A stretch of 64,000 nucleotides of DNA. Source: an uncultured Thermoleophilia bacterium (GTDB lineage Bacteria > Actinomycetota > Thermoleophilia > UBA2241). The translations under genes were made by a program, and so were the position numbers. Numbering within the stretch: position 1 is the first letter of the stretch; each line of letters starts with the position of its first letter. The notes beneath the pieces were generated by a model that did not search any database, was not told the DNA's origin, and was given only the letters and a program-made list of their open reading frames with translations. Positions 20,567-30,575 of the stretch are shown here, piece by piece. The stretch lies in contig CAVPCT010000003.1 of assembly GCA_963702475.1 (NCBI GenBank), forward strand, positions 480,001 to 544,000, read 5' to 3'.

Positions 20567-21762
20567 CCGGCGACGCGGGAGTGCCGGCTCTGCGCCGACC
20601 CGTTGCGGCGCGCCTGTCGGAGGCGGTGTACGGCGATCACGCGTCCACGCGCTGGTTCATGCAGCACGTGCGCGAGGTCGTGCCGACGTCGAGGGTGTCG
20701 TCCGGGCGCGGCCCGTTGTGGGAGCTGCCGCGCGCCCCCCGCGAGCTCGACGGCGCGGTCGTGCGAGGGGGCGACGGCCGCTCTTGGACGTTGCGCGAGA
20801 TGCTCGCGGCCACGCACACCGACGCCGTGCTGGTGCTCAGGCGCGGTGAGGTCATCTACGAGCGGTACTTCGGGTCCATGACCGAGGATACGCAGCACCT
20901 CTACCAGTCTGTGTCGAAGTCGGTGGGCGCGTGCGTCGCGGCCCGCCTCATCGAGCGCGGGGTCCTCACCGCCGAGACGCCGCTCACCGCTGTCGTCCCG
21001 GAGCTGGCCGGCAGCGGGTACGACGGGGCCACGGTGCGTGATCTCCTCGACATGCAGGTCGGCGTGCGTTTCAGCGAGGACTACGAGGACGATGGCGCGG
21101 AGATCGCACGCCTCGACCGGCTGTACGGGTTCAGGCCCCGGCGCTCGGACGACGAGCCGGGGTCCTCCTACCGGTTCGCCACCGAGACTGCCCGCGAGGG
21201 CGCGCACGGGCGCGTGTTCCACTACGTTTCTCTCGACCTGCAGGTGCTGGGCTGGGTCATGGAGTGCGCGACCGGCCGGAGCGTGCCGGAGCTGATCGCG
21301 GACGAGGTGTGGTCCGGACTGGGCGCCGAGCACCCCGCGTACGTCGCGCTGGATGCCGCCGGCGCCACCCAGCTCGAGGGCGGGTTCTGCTCGAGCCTGC
21401 GCGACCTCGGCCGTTTCGGGCTGATGCTGTCCCTGGGGGGCGAGGGTCGCGCCGGGCGGGTGCTGCCCGAGGCGTTCATCGCCGACTGCGAGCAGCACGC
21501 CGACCGTGAGGCCTTCAGGCTGTCCGGTCTGGCCGATGGGACCTACGAAGCCGAGCAGGGGTACCGCAGCAACTTCTGGACGGCGGCCTTCGAGGGCCGC
21601 ACCGTGCTGATGGGCCTCGGGATCTTCGGTCAGTTCCTGTACGTCGACCGCACCGCCGGCTTCGTGTTGGCCAAGTTCTCGACCTGGCCGAGCTTCTCGG
21701 ACGACCTGCTCTCCGCGCATCACTTCTGGGCGGCGCGGTCGCTCGCCGGTCTGCTCACCTGA
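20563..21762 (+). CDS. Beta-lactamase-family serine hydrolase (6-aminohexanoate-dimer hydrolase NylB-like)
   Basis: SVSKS, ATVRDLLDM, FHYVS, GIFGQFLYVD. Confidence 0.85.
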   Translation: MTGDAGVPALRRPVAARLSEAVYGDHASTRWFMQHVREVVPTSRVSSGRGPLWELPRAPRELDGAVVRGGDGRSWTLREMLAATHTDAVLVLRRGEVIYERYFGSMTEDTQHLYQSVSKSVGACVAARLIERGVLTAETPLTAVVPELAGSGYDGATVRDLLDMQVGVRFSEDYEDDGAEIARLDRLYGFRPRRSDDEPGSSYRFATETAREGAHGRVFHYVSLDLQVLGWVMECATGRSVPELIADEVWSGLGAEHPAYVALDAAGATQLEGGFCSSLRDLGRFGLMLSLGGEGRAGRVLPEAFIADCEQHADREAFRLSGLADGTYEAEQGYRSNFWTAAFEGRTVLMGLGIFGQFLYVDRTAGFVLAKFSTWPSFSDDLLSAHHFWAARSLAGLLT

Positions 21763-21851
21763 GGCGGTCGCCGGGCGGGCGCCCGGGCCATTGCGGGCCG
21801 TTGTATGGTGGGCGAAGGCGTGCTCTTCGGCCTTCGACGGCGAGGTGGACC

Positions 21852-23291
21852 ATGGAGATGTGCAGCAACCTGATCGGCGGCGAGTGGGTGGCCGCGTCCG
21901 ACCACGCGACGTTCGAGTCACGGGACCCGGCGCACGCCGACGACGTGCTGGCGGTGTTCCCGAGCGCCACGGCCGCCGATGCGGCCCAGGCCGTGGCCGC
22001 GGCGGCCGAGGCCTTCCCGGCGTGGGCGGCGACGCCGGCGCCGGCGCGGGGCGCGATCCTCTTTCGCGCCGCCGAGCTCCTGACCGAGCGGCTCGACGAT
22101 GTCGCGCGCACGCTCACGCGCGAGGAGGGCAAGACGCTCGCGGAGTCACGCGGCGAAGTGACTCGCGCCCGCGACATCCTGCGGTACTACGGCGGGGAGG
22201 GCTGGCGCGCCGGCGGCGACGTGCTCCCGGCCACTACGCCACACGCCATGCTGTTCAGCCGACGCGAGCCCCTCGGCGTGGTCGCGGTCATCACCCCGTG
22301 GAACTTCCCGATCGCCATCCCCGCCTGGAAGATCGCGCCTGCGCTCGCTTACGGAGACACCGTCGTGTTCAAGCCGGCGTCGGCGACGCCACTCACGGCG
22401 CTGCGGCTCGTGGAGTGCCTCGTGGAGGCAGGGCTGCCCGCCGGTGTGCTCAACCTCATCGCCGGATCCGGGTCCACGGTGGGTGCGGCTGTGGCCGGCG
22501 ACGCGGTCGTGCGAGGCCTGACCTTCACCGGCTCGCACGCCACCGGCGCCGGCCTCTACGCGCGCGCGGCCGAGAACTTCGCCCGCGTCCAGCTCGAGAT
22601 GGGCGGCAAGAACCCGACCGTCGTGCTCGGCGACGCCGACCTCGACCTCGCCGTCCGCCTCGTGACGGCGGGCGGGTTCGGCCTCACAGGGCAGAGTTGC
22701 ACGGCGACCAGTCGCGTGATCGTGGAGGAGAGCGTCGCCGACCGCTTCGCCGCCGCGCTCGCCGAGGCCGCCCGTGAGCTCACCGTCGGCGACGGCCTCG
22801 ACGACGGCGTGCAGATGGGGCCCGCGGTGAGCGAGGAGCAGCTGGCCGTCGACCTGGAGTACGTGCAGATCGCCCGTGACGAGGGCGCGGAACTGCTCGC
22901 CGGCGGCGGGCGCGCGCCCGGCGACGGGCACTTCGTGCAGCCCACGGTGTTCGACCACATGGACGTCCGCAGCCGCCTCGCTCAGGAGGAGGTCTTCGGC
23001 CCCCTGGTCGGCATCGTGCGGGCGCGCGACCTCGACGACGCCATCTTCAAGGCCAACGCTATCGGGTACGGACTGGCCGCAAGCGTCGTCACCAACGACC
23101 TGCACCGCGCCCTCTCGTTCGTCGACCGGATCGAAGCCGGCGTCGTCAAGGTGAACGAGCCGACCACGGGACTGGCCCTGCAGGCGCCTTTCGGCGGCTT
23201 CAAGCAGTCCAGCGCCAACACCTTCAAGGAGCAGGGCCCGGCCGCGGTGGAGTTCTACACGCGGACGAAGACGGTGTATGTGACGTATTGA
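21852..23291 (+). CDS. NAD(P)-dependent aldehyde dehydrogenase (2,5-dioxovalerate dehydrogenase-like)
   Basis: ITPWNFP, FTGS, LEMGGKNP, GQSCTATSR, EEVFGP. Confidence 0.93.
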   Translation: MEMCSNLIGGEWVAASDHATFESRDPAHADDVLAVFPSATAADAAQAVAAAAEAFPAWAATPAPARGAILFRAAELLTERLDDVARTLTREEGKTLAESRGEVTRARDILRYYGGEGWRAGGDVLPATTPHAMLFSRREPLGVVAVITPWNFPIAIPAWKIAPALAYGDTVVFKPASATPLTALRLVECLVEAGLPAGVLNLIAGSGSTVGAAVAGDAVVRGLTFTGSHATGAGLYARAAENFARVQLEMGGKNPTVVLGDADLDLAVRLVTAGGFGLTGQSCTATSRVIVEESVADRFAAALAEAARELTVGDGLDDGVQMGPAVSEEQLAVDLEYVQIARDEGAELLAGGGRAPGDGHFVQPTVFDHMDVRSRLAQEEVFGPLVGIVRARDLDDAIFKANAIGYGLAASVVTNDLHRALSFVDRIEAGVVKVNEPTTGLALQAPFGGFKQSSANTFKEQGPAAVEFYTRTKTVYVTY

Positions 23292-23353
23292 GCGTGTGCT
23301 GCGCCGAGCGTGGGCGTGTCGCACTCCGCTCTCCTGGGGAGTATTGTTTTCTC

Positions 23354-23575
23354 ATGACTCCGGACGTCGAGAGGACCTACACGCTCGTGGTCAGAGGTCC
23401 GGCACAGGACCTGCTGTACGAGCACTTCTCGCGGCTGTTCAACGGTCACGTCGGCGTGACCGTCGTGCGCGACAGGCGCCACGACCAGCGGCGTCGCGGA
23501 GCCGACGCCGTGCCGCGTGATCGGCGCCTGTACGAGCGGCGCCGCGAGCGCCCCTGGCTCGTTCCGCCTGATTGA
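23354..23575 (+). CDS. Small hypothetical protein with repeated [D/E]RR motifs
   Basis: 73 aa; VVRDRRHDQRRRG...DRRLYERRR. TATTGT -10 element 6 nt before the ATG. Confidence 0.6.
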   Translation: MTPDVERTYTLVVRGPAQDLLYEHFSRLFNGHVGVTVVRDRRHDQRRRGADAVPRDRRLYERRRERPWLVPPD

Positions 23576-23583
23576 CCTGCGCA

Positions 23584-23626
23584 GGCGGGTTGAAGAGCGG
23601 TGGGCCGCAGGCGCACCGCTCAGTGA
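23584..23626. repeat. Palindromic intergenic repeat, copy 2
   Basis: Matches 12022-12065; hairpin core gagcggtgggcc-gca-ggcgcaccgctc. Confidence 0.7.
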
Positions 23627-23795
23627 ACGGCGCAGCCTGGCCACCGAGCGGCCGGCGCTGCTCCGCCGACGGCCGGCCCGGTCGTCGTGACGACCGTCCG
23701 GTCTCCTGCCCGAATACTTGCGCGATTGCGTTGCGCTTCACATATACTGTGCGGACGTTCGGCCCGGCAGTCCAATCGTCCCGGAGGTTTTCAAC

Positions 23796-24614
23796 ATGTT
23801 CTTGATGGGTGAGTCGATCAACGGTACGCGCAAGCAGGTCGCCGAGGCGATCCAGTCGCGTGACGCCGCGTTCATCAAGCAGCTCGCCACGGACCAGGTC
23901 GAGGCCGGCGCGTCGGTGCTCGACGTCAACGGCGGCGTCGCCGGCGGCGACGAGATCGCCGACATGACGTGGCTCATCGACACCGTCATGGAAGTCACCG
24001 ACATGCAGCTCATGGTCGACTCGGCGAGCGCCTCTGTGCTCGAGCACGGCGTCAAGCTGATCATCGACAAGGGCGGCAAGGTCCCGTTCATCAACTCCAT
24101 CTCCGGTGAGCAGGCGCGCATCGACGCGGCCATGCCGCTCGTCGAGAAGTACAAGACCCCGGTCCTCGCCCTGTGCCTCAGCGAGGACGGCATCCCGCCG
24201 ACCGCCGCGGACCGTTTCGCCGTCGCCAAGTCGCTGCACGACATGTGCACCGCCGCCGGCCTGCCGGCCGAGGACATCTGGGTCGACCCGCTGGTGCTCA
24301 CCGTGTCGGCCGACAGCCAGGCTGCCGTGGTCACCATGGAGACCCTCAAGATGGTCAAGGAGCAGCTCCCGGTGCGCACCACCGGCGGCCTCAGCAACGT
24401 GAGCTTCGGCCTGCCGAACCGCCCGCTCCTCAACCGCACCATGGTCGCCATGTGCGCCGGCCTCGGCATCGACGGCGCCATCCTCGACGTGCGCAACAAG
24501 GCCATGATGGCCACGATCAAGGCTATCGAGGCGCTGCGCGGCGACGACCAGTTCTGCGGCAACTACCTCATGGCGCACCGCTCCGGCCTGCTTGACGCGC
24601 AGAGCGCCGGCTGA
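23796..24614 (+). CDS. Methyltetrahydrofolate:corrinoid methyltransferase (AcsE-like, pterin-binding barrel)
   Basis: GESINGTRK, LDVN, LMVDS, INSISGE, VDPLV, GLSNVSFGLPNR; SD GGAGG. Confidence 0.88.
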   Translation: MFLMGESINGTRKQVAEAIQSRDAAFIKQLATDQVEAGASVLDVNGGVAGGDEIADMTWLIDTVMEVTDMQLMVDSASASVLEHGVKLIIDKGGKVPFINSISGEQARIDAAMPLVEKYKTPVLALCLSEDGIPPTAADRFAVAKSLHDMCTAAGLPAEDIWVDPLVLTVSADSQAAVVTMETLKMVKEQLPVRTTGGLSNVSFGLPNRPLLNRTMVAMCAGLGIDGAILDVRNKAMMATIKAIEALRGDDQFCGNYLMAHRSGLLDAQSAG

Positions 24615-24621
24615 GAACAGC

Positions 24622-25725
24622 GTGATCGAGCCGGGCCGTTCGCGTGCCCGTGAGTTGGGCATCGCGGTGGGTACCCTGCCCGCCGGCCCTCTGAACGCCA
24701 TCACCGACGTGCCCGGCGTGGCCGTCGGTCACTGTACCGTCTCGTGGGGCGGGCCCGATCTGCCACCTGGCAGCGGGCCCGCCCGCACGGGCGTCACCGC
24801 CGTCCTTCCCCACACCGGCGACGTGTGGCACGAACGTGTCGTCGCCGGCGCCTACGTCGCCAACGGTGTCGGCGAGCTCGTCGGCATCAGCGCTATCCGT
24901 GAGTGGGGCCTCCTCGAGACGCCGGTCCTCCTCACCAACTCGCAGAGCGTAGGAGCCGTGTACGACGCCGCGGTGCGCTGGATGATGGACCGCGATCCGC
25001 GCGTGGGCATCGAAGACGCGGCCATGCCCGTGGTCGGTGAGTGCGACGACGGCTTCCTGAACGACCAGCGCGGCATGCACGTGCACGAAGAGCACGTCCG
25101 CGCCGCGCTTGACTCCGCCGCCGCCGGCCCCGTGGCCGAAGGCTGCATCGGGGCCGGTACCGGCATGTCCTGCTACGACTTCAAAGGCGGCATCGGCACG
25201 TCGTCACGGGCCGTCTCGGCCCACGGCCTTCCCTTCACCGTCGGCGTGCTGGCGCTGACCAACTTCGGCGATCGTGCCCGTCTCACCGTGGACGGCTGCG
25301 CCGTGGGCCGCCTCATCACGGACCTCCTGCCCGTCGAACACCGGGAGGGCTCCTGCATCGTGGTCCTCGCCACCGACGCTCCCCTCACCGCGCGTCAGTG
25401 CGAGCGGCTTGCCAAGCGCTGCTCTCTCGGCCTGGCTGCCACGGGCTCCATAGCATCCGACGGCAGTGGGGAGATCATGCTGGCCTTCAGCACGGCGCAC
25501 CGCGTTCCGCGGACGTCGGCCGAGCCCCTCCGCTTCACCGCCGTGACCAACGACCACCTGTGGGAGCTGTTCGCGGCGGCGGTCGACGCCACGGCCGAGA
25601 GCGTGCTCAACTCGCTCTGCGCGGCGCGCACCACGGTCGGCCGCGGCGGCAACACGGTCCACGAGCTGCCGCTCGACCGCCTCACCGGCGCCCTGCGCGC
25701 CGCCGGTCGCACGCTGACGGTCTGA
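24622..25725 (+). CDS. DmpA/P1-family (S58) aminopeptidase
   Basis: GPLNAITDVPGVAVGH, RTGVTAV, VGECDDG, KGGIGTSSR, GSCIVVLATDAPL. Confidence 0.92.
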   Translation: MIEPGRSRARELGIAVGTLPAGPLNAITDVPGVAVGHCTVSWGGPDLPPGSGPARTGVTAVLPHTGDVWHERVVAGAYVANGVGELVGISAIREWGLLETPVLLTNSQSVGAVYDAAVRWMMDRDPRVGIEDAAMPVVGECDDGFLNDQRGMHVHEEHVRAALDSAAAGPVAEGCIGAGTGMSCYDFKGGIGTSSRAVSAHGLPFTVGVLALTNFGDRARLTVDGCAVGRLITDLLPVEHREGSCIVVLATDAPLTARQCERLAKRCSLGLAATGSIASDGSGEIMLAFSTAHRVPRTSAEPLRFTAVTNDHLWELFAAAVDATAESVLNSLCAARTTVGRGGNTVHELPLDRLTGALRAAGRTLTV

Positions 25726-25950
25726 ACGGCCCCGTCCGGCGCGGGTGTCGGCGGCGCGGGCGGGCCACTCTGTCGGGAGTGCACCTGCGGGTTGGTCTCC
25801 CGCGTCGTGCGGTCCCGCTTGCCCGGCCGCGCCCCGGAAGACTATTCTGGCGGCGGCCCACGTCAGCAGGCCTGGTCGTGGTACGGCGTGCGTGAGAGGG
25901 AGGTGAGGGTTCGCCGCTCGGGGCTTCGAGCGCGGCGATCCCGGCTCGCA

Positions 25951-26919
25951 GTGGACAAACGGCGCTACTTCGTTCGCAAGATCATCAACGCCGTCCTCAC
26001 CATCGTGCTCGTGGCGTCGTTCAACTTCGCGCTCTTCCGCATCCTCCCGGGCGACCCGGCCCGCCTCCTGCTGCCCAAAGGTAAACAGGACCCCTCGGCC
26101 ATCGAGAAGCAGCGCAAGACCTTCAACCTGGACAAGCCCATGTGGCAGCAGTTCGCTCTCTACTGGGGCGACACGCTGCAGGGCAGGTTCGGCATGTCGT
26201 TCTCGGAGAAACGGCCGGTCTCCGAGGTCGTGCTGGAGCGCATCTGGCCAACGGTGCTGCTGGTCGGCGTCGGCACCCTCTTCGCCACGGTCATAGGCAT
26301 GATCACGGGCGTGTTCGCGGGGTGGCGACGAAACGGGGTCTATGACGTTGTATCGACGAACACAGGCATGGTGCTGTACGCCATGCCGACGTTCTGGTTC
26401 GGCCTGCTCATGATCATGCTGTTCGCGACCAGGCTGCGATGGTTCCCGACCGGCCGCATGGAAGAGCCGGGGGTCGTGCTGAGCGGCTGGGCCGCGTTCC
26501 AGTCGCTCGCCAGACACCTGTTCCTGCCCGCGTTCACCTTCGCCATCGCGTATGTGGGCGAGTACCACCTCATCATGCGCAGTTCCATCACCGGCGTGAT
26601 GAAGGAGGACTTCGCCCTCACCGCGCGGGCCAAGGGCCTCAGTGAGAACGCGGTGCTGTGGCGCCACGTGGTGCCGAACGCCATGCTGCCCACGGTCACC
26701 ATCGTGATGATGAACCTGGGCTTCATCATGTCCGGCGCCATCCTGGCCGAGAGCGTCTTCAACTGGCCCGGGCTGGGCCTGCTCTCCTACGAGGCCATGC
26801 AGAACCGCGACTATCCGGTGATGCAGGCCGTGTTCCTCATCGCGAGTATCGCCGTGATCATCGCCAACCTCATCGCCGACATCATGTACTACTACCTCGA
26901 CCCGCGGGTGCGCGCGTGA
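25951..26919 (+). CDS. Peptide ABC transporter permease (DppB/OppB-like)
   Basis: LPGDP, PTFWFG, TARAKGLSE, FNWPGLG, LDPRVR. The start could also be GTG 25903. Confidence 0.93.
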   Translation: MDKRRYFVRKIINAVLTIVLVASFNFALFRILPGDPARLLLPKGKQDPSAIEKQRKTFNLDKPMWQQFALYWGDTLQGRFGMSFSEKRPVSEVVLERIWPTVLLVGVGTLFATVIGMITGVFAGWRRNGVYDVVSTNTGMVLYAMPTFWFGLLMIMLFATRLRWFPTGRMEEPGVVLSGWAAFQSLARHLFLPAFTFAIAYVGEYHLIMRSSITGVMKEDFALTARAKGLSENAVLWRHVVPNAMLPTVTIVMMNLGFIMSGAILAESVFNWPGLGLLSYEAMQNRDYPVMQAVFLIASIAVIIANLIADIMYYYLDPRVRA

Positions 26920-28466
26920 ACACACTCGTCCCCCGTCGCTACAGGAACTGGGTGCTGTTCTGGACTCCGGTCGTCTGGATGACCCTCGAGCTGGTCATGT
27001 ACCCCAAAGACCTGTGGTGGTCGGCCGGCGCCGCGGCCATGCTCAAGGGCTTCTTCTCGCAGAGCGTGGGGGCGTATCCCGCCTGGGTCATGGTCCTCGC
27101 GGCCGTCGTCACCGTCGGACTCGGCGTTTGGGGGCGCGTGCGCAGGTCCAAGGCCGCGGGCTTCGACTACGTGCTCCTCGCCATGGGCGTCGTGTTCGTC
27201 GCGTGGGCGTACTTCGCCGGTCGCGGTGAGTCCGGCTGGTCGGCCGGCGCCAACGAGCTCGCCTACAACTGGGTGCTGCAGACGGTGGAGGTCGTCCTCG
27301 GCGGCGCGGCGGCGTACTTGTGGGCCGCCGGCAATCCGGAGCGGGCCGAACTGCTGGTCTGGAACACGCACCAGGTCTGGAAGCTCTACCGCGCCAACTG
27401 GCAGGGCATGGTGGGTCTCGGTATCCTCATCGCCTTCATCGGCATGGCGCTGTTCGCGCCGTTTCTCATCGACCACGGCCTGCTCGACCCCAACGCGCAG
27501 ATCAGCGATCCGGCCACCGGCGAGCTCTTCGGCGCGTTCCACCCGCCCACCTGGTACTGGCCGAACCTGTTCGGCACCGACCAGGTGGGGCAGTCGGTCC
27601 TCGCGCAGTTCATCTGGAGCGCCCGCATCTCGCTCATGGTCGGCCTGCTGGCCGCGCTCATGTCCACCGTGGTCGGCGCCGGCATCGGCATCGCCGCCGG
27701 CTACTACGGCGGCTGGCAGGGCGAGGTGTGGATGCGCATCACCGACGCGTTCCTCGTCATCCCGTGGCTGCCGCTGGCCATGGTGCTCGCGGCGGCCTGG
27801 GGCCAGAACTACTGGATGATCATCCTCATCATCGGCATCACCAGCTGGCCCGGAACCGCCCGCGTCGTACGCGCCGACACGCTGCGCGTGCGCGAGCTGC
27901 AGTTCATCGAACGGGCCAAGGCCATCGGGTCCACCGGCGCCCACGTGATGGCGAAGCACATCCTGCCCAACGTGATGCCCCTGATCTTCGCCAACCTGGT
28001 GCTCGTGGTGGCCATCGCCATCCTGTCGGAGACCACCCTGGCGTTCCTCGGTCTTGGCGACCCGCTCAACTACAGCTGGGGCACCATGCTGCACTACGCC
28101 TGGATCAGCGGCGCGGCCGGCCTGCCTGCCTGGTGGTACCTGCTCCCGCCGGGCATCGCGATCGTCCTCGTGGTGCTGGCCTTCACCTTCATCGGCACGG
28201 CCTACGACGAGGTGCTCGATCCCAAGCTGCGCAAGCGCGAGGAGAGCCCCGCCGGGGGCCGCATCACCGCGCGTGAGCCCGCGGTGGCCGTCGCCGGCGC
28301 CGCCGGCGTGGGCGGCGGGGCCGGCTTGTTCACGCCCGGCGTACAGACCGACGATGCCATGCCCGACTTCGACAAGCCGGCCGGCGGCAGCATCGGCCGG
28401 CCAGAGGGCGGCGGCTGGGTCGGGGGTCACATCAGGGACGACGACCTCGAAGAGGAAGAGCCGTGA
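26916..28466 (+). CDS. Peptide ABC transporter permease (DppC/OppC-like) with extra N-terminal TM region
   Basis: FGTDQVG, ARISLMVG, ERAKAIG, KHILPNV, SWGTML; about 140 aa extra hydrophobic N-terminus. Confidence 0.92.
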   Translation: MNTLVPRRYRNWVLFWTPVVWMTLELVMYPKDLWWSAGAAAMLKGFFSQSVGAYPAWVMVLAAVVTVGLGVWGRVRRSKAAGFDYVLLAMGVVFVAWAYFAGRGESGWSAGANELAYNWVLQTVEVVLGGAAAYLWAAGNPERAELLVWNTHQVWKLYRANWQGMVGLGILIAFIGMALFAPFLIDHGLLDPNAQISDPATGELFGAFHPPTWYWPNLFGTDQVGQSVLAQFIWSARISLMVGLLAALMSTVVGAGIGIAAGYYGGWQGEVWMRITDAFLVIPWLPLAMVLAAAWGQNYWMIILIIGITSWPGTARVVRADTLRVRELQFIERAKAIGSTGAHVMAKHILPNVMPLIFANLVLVVAIAILSETTLAFLGLGDPLNYSWGTMLHYAWISGAAGLPAWWYLLPPGIAIVLVVLAFTFIGTAYDEVLDPKLRKREESPAGGRITAREPAVAVAGAAGVGGGAGLFTPGVQTDDAMPDFDKPAGGSIGRPEGGGWVGGHIRDDDLEEEEP

Positions 28467-29503
28467 CGCCGGCCGCCGCGAAGAGCAGGTCCGCGAAGGG
28501 CCAGGCGCCGCAGAAGAAGCCGGTAGAGCGTATCGCGCACGAGGGCCTGCTCGACGTGCGCGGCCTCACCACGTACTTCAAGCTCGGCGCCGGCGACGTC
28601 AAGGCCGTGCAGGACGTCTCGTTCACGCTCAGGCCCGGCGAGAGCCTCGGCCTCGCCGGCGAGTCCGGCTGCGGCAAGACCACGGCCGCGCTCTCCATCC
28701 TCAAGCTCCTGCCCGAGAACGGGCGCATCGTCAGCGGTGACGTGCTCTTCGACGGCCGCAACCTCGCCAAGCGCACCGAGTACGGCATGAGCAGGATCCG
28801 CTGGAAGGAGATCAGCATCATCTTCCAGGGGGCGATGAACGCCCTGAACCCGGTCAAGGAGACCGGCACGCAGATCGCCGAGCCCATCCGCCTGCACGAG
28901 GGTCTGAGCGAAGGCAAGGCGATGGTCCGGGTCAGGGAGCTCTTCGACCTGGTGGGCATCAACCCCAAGCGCGTCAACGACTTCCCCCACCAGCTCTCCG
29001 GCGGCATGCGTCAGCGCGCCATGATCGCCATGGCCCTGGCCTGCAACCCTCGCCTCGTGATAGGCGACGAGCCCACCACGGCGCTCGACGTCATGGTACA
29101 GGCGCAGATCCTCGAGCTCATCGAGCGGCTGCGCAAGGAGCTGGACCTCTCCTTCATCCTCATCAGCCACGACCTCTCGGTGATGGCCGAGACCTGCGAC
29201 AAGGGCGTCGTCATGTACGCGGGCGAGGTGGTGGAGAGCGGCACCACCGCCGACATCTTCAACAACGCGACTCACCCGTACACACGCCAGCTCATCAGGG
29301 CGTTCCCCAACATCCACGAGAAGCGCGAGATGGTCAGCTCCATCAAGGGCGACCCACCCAACCTGCTGGACCCGCCGCCCGGGTGCGGCTTCTGTCCCCG
29401 CTGCGACGACAGGGTCGCCGCCTGCGAGACCGAGCACCCCGGCCTGGTCGAGGTGGAGCGTGGCCACTTCGTGCGCTGCCTCCAGGTCGAGAGAGGGGCG
29501 TGA
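28463..29503 (+). CDS. Peptide ABC transporter ATPase (DppD-like)
   Basis: [40 protein letters not shown]. Confidence 0.95.
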   Translation: MTPAAAKSRSAKGQAPQKKPVERIAHEGLLDVRGLTTYFKLGAGDVKAVQDVSFTLRPGESLGLAGESGCGKTTAALSILKLLPENGRIVSGDVLFDGRNLAKRTEYGMSRIRWKEISIIFQGAMNALNPVKETGTQIAEPIRLHEGLSEGKAMVRVRELFDLVGINPKRVNDFPHQLSGGMRQRAMIAMALACNPRLVIGDEPTTALDVMVQAQILELIERLRKELDLSFILISHDLSVMAETCDKGVVMYAGEVVESGTTADIFNNATHPYTRQLIRAFPNIHEKREMVSSIKGDPPNLLDPPPGCGFCPRCDDRVAACETEHPGLVEVERGHFVRCLQVERGA

Positions 29504-30552
29504 TGGCGGCCACGGCGCACAAGGGCTCCGTGGGCAGCGGCGACCTCGCCTCCGCCACGGCGCAGGACGGGGTGCTGTTCGACGTCACCGACCTGGAGGT
29601 CTACTTCCAGGTCCAGCAGGGCTTCTTCAAGGCCATGGTCGCCAAGGAGAAGAAGTACGTGAAGGCCGTGGACCACATCAGCTTCCAGGTGCTGCAGGGC
29701 GAGATCCTGGCGCTGGTCGGCGAGTCGGGCTGCGGCAAGACCACCACCGGCCGCGCCCTCCTGAGGCTCGAGGAGCCCACCGGCGGCCACATCCTCTACA
29801 AGGGGCTGCCGGTCGAGAGATTCTCCACGAAGACCCTGCGCGAGTACCGCAAGAAGGCGCAGATCATCTTCCAGGACCCCTACAACTCCATCAATCCCAA
29901 GCAGACCATCTTCGACATCGTGGCCGAGCCGCTCGAGGTCAACGGGCTCACGTCGAGCGAACGCGAGAAGGAGGAGCGCGTCGTCAAGGCCATCAGCGAG
30001 GCTGGGCTACGGCCGGCGACCGACTACCTCTACCGCTACCCGCATGAGCTCTCGGGCGGACAGCGGCAGCGCGTCTGCATCGCCGGCGCCACGGTGCTCG
30101 ACCCGGACGTCATCGTCGCAGACGAGCCCGTGGCCAGTCTCGACGTCTCCATCCGCAACGACATCCTCAAGCTCATGGTCGAGCAGAAGGAGAAGCTCGG
30201 CGTCACGTACATCTTCATCACCCACGATCTCTCCCTGGCGTGGGTGATCAGCAACCGCATCGCCGTGATGTACCTGGGGCGCATCGTCGAGATCGGCGAG
30301 ACCGAGGAGGTCGTCGCCAATCCCAGGCACCCGTACACGCGCGCCCTCATCAGCGTCATCCCGGTGCCGGACCCCCTGGCCAGGCGCGAGCACGTCATCC
30401 TCACCGGCGAGACGCCCAACCCCATCGATATCCCCTCGGGCTGTCGCTTCCACCCGCGCTGTCCCGAGGCGATCGACGCGTGTCGCGAGACCGATCCGGC
30501 GGCCGTGCACATCGGCGGGGATCACTACGCCTCCTGCTTGAGGATCTCCTGA
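29503..30552 (+). CDS. Peptide ABC transporter ATPase (DppF-like)
   Basis: [33 protein letters not shown]. Confidence 0.95.
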   Translation: MAATAHKGSVGSGDLASATAQDGVLFDVTDLEVYFQVQQGFFKAMVAKEKKYVKAVDHISFQVLQGEILALVGESGCGKTTTGRALLRLEEPTGGHILYKGLPVERFSTKTLREYRKKAQIIFQDPYNSINPKQTIFDIVAEPLEVNGLTSSEREKEERVVKAISEAGLRPATDYLYRYPHELSGGQRQRVCIAGATVLDPDVIVADEPVASLDVSIRNDILKLMVEQKEKLGVTYIFITHDLSLAWVISNRIAVMYLGRIVEIGETEEVVANPRHPYTRALISVIPVPDPLARREHVILTGETPNPIDIPSGCRFHPRCPEAIDACRETDPAAVHIGGDHYASCLRIS

Positions 30553-30575
30553 CCGCGCGGTCCGCGGTCCCCGCC

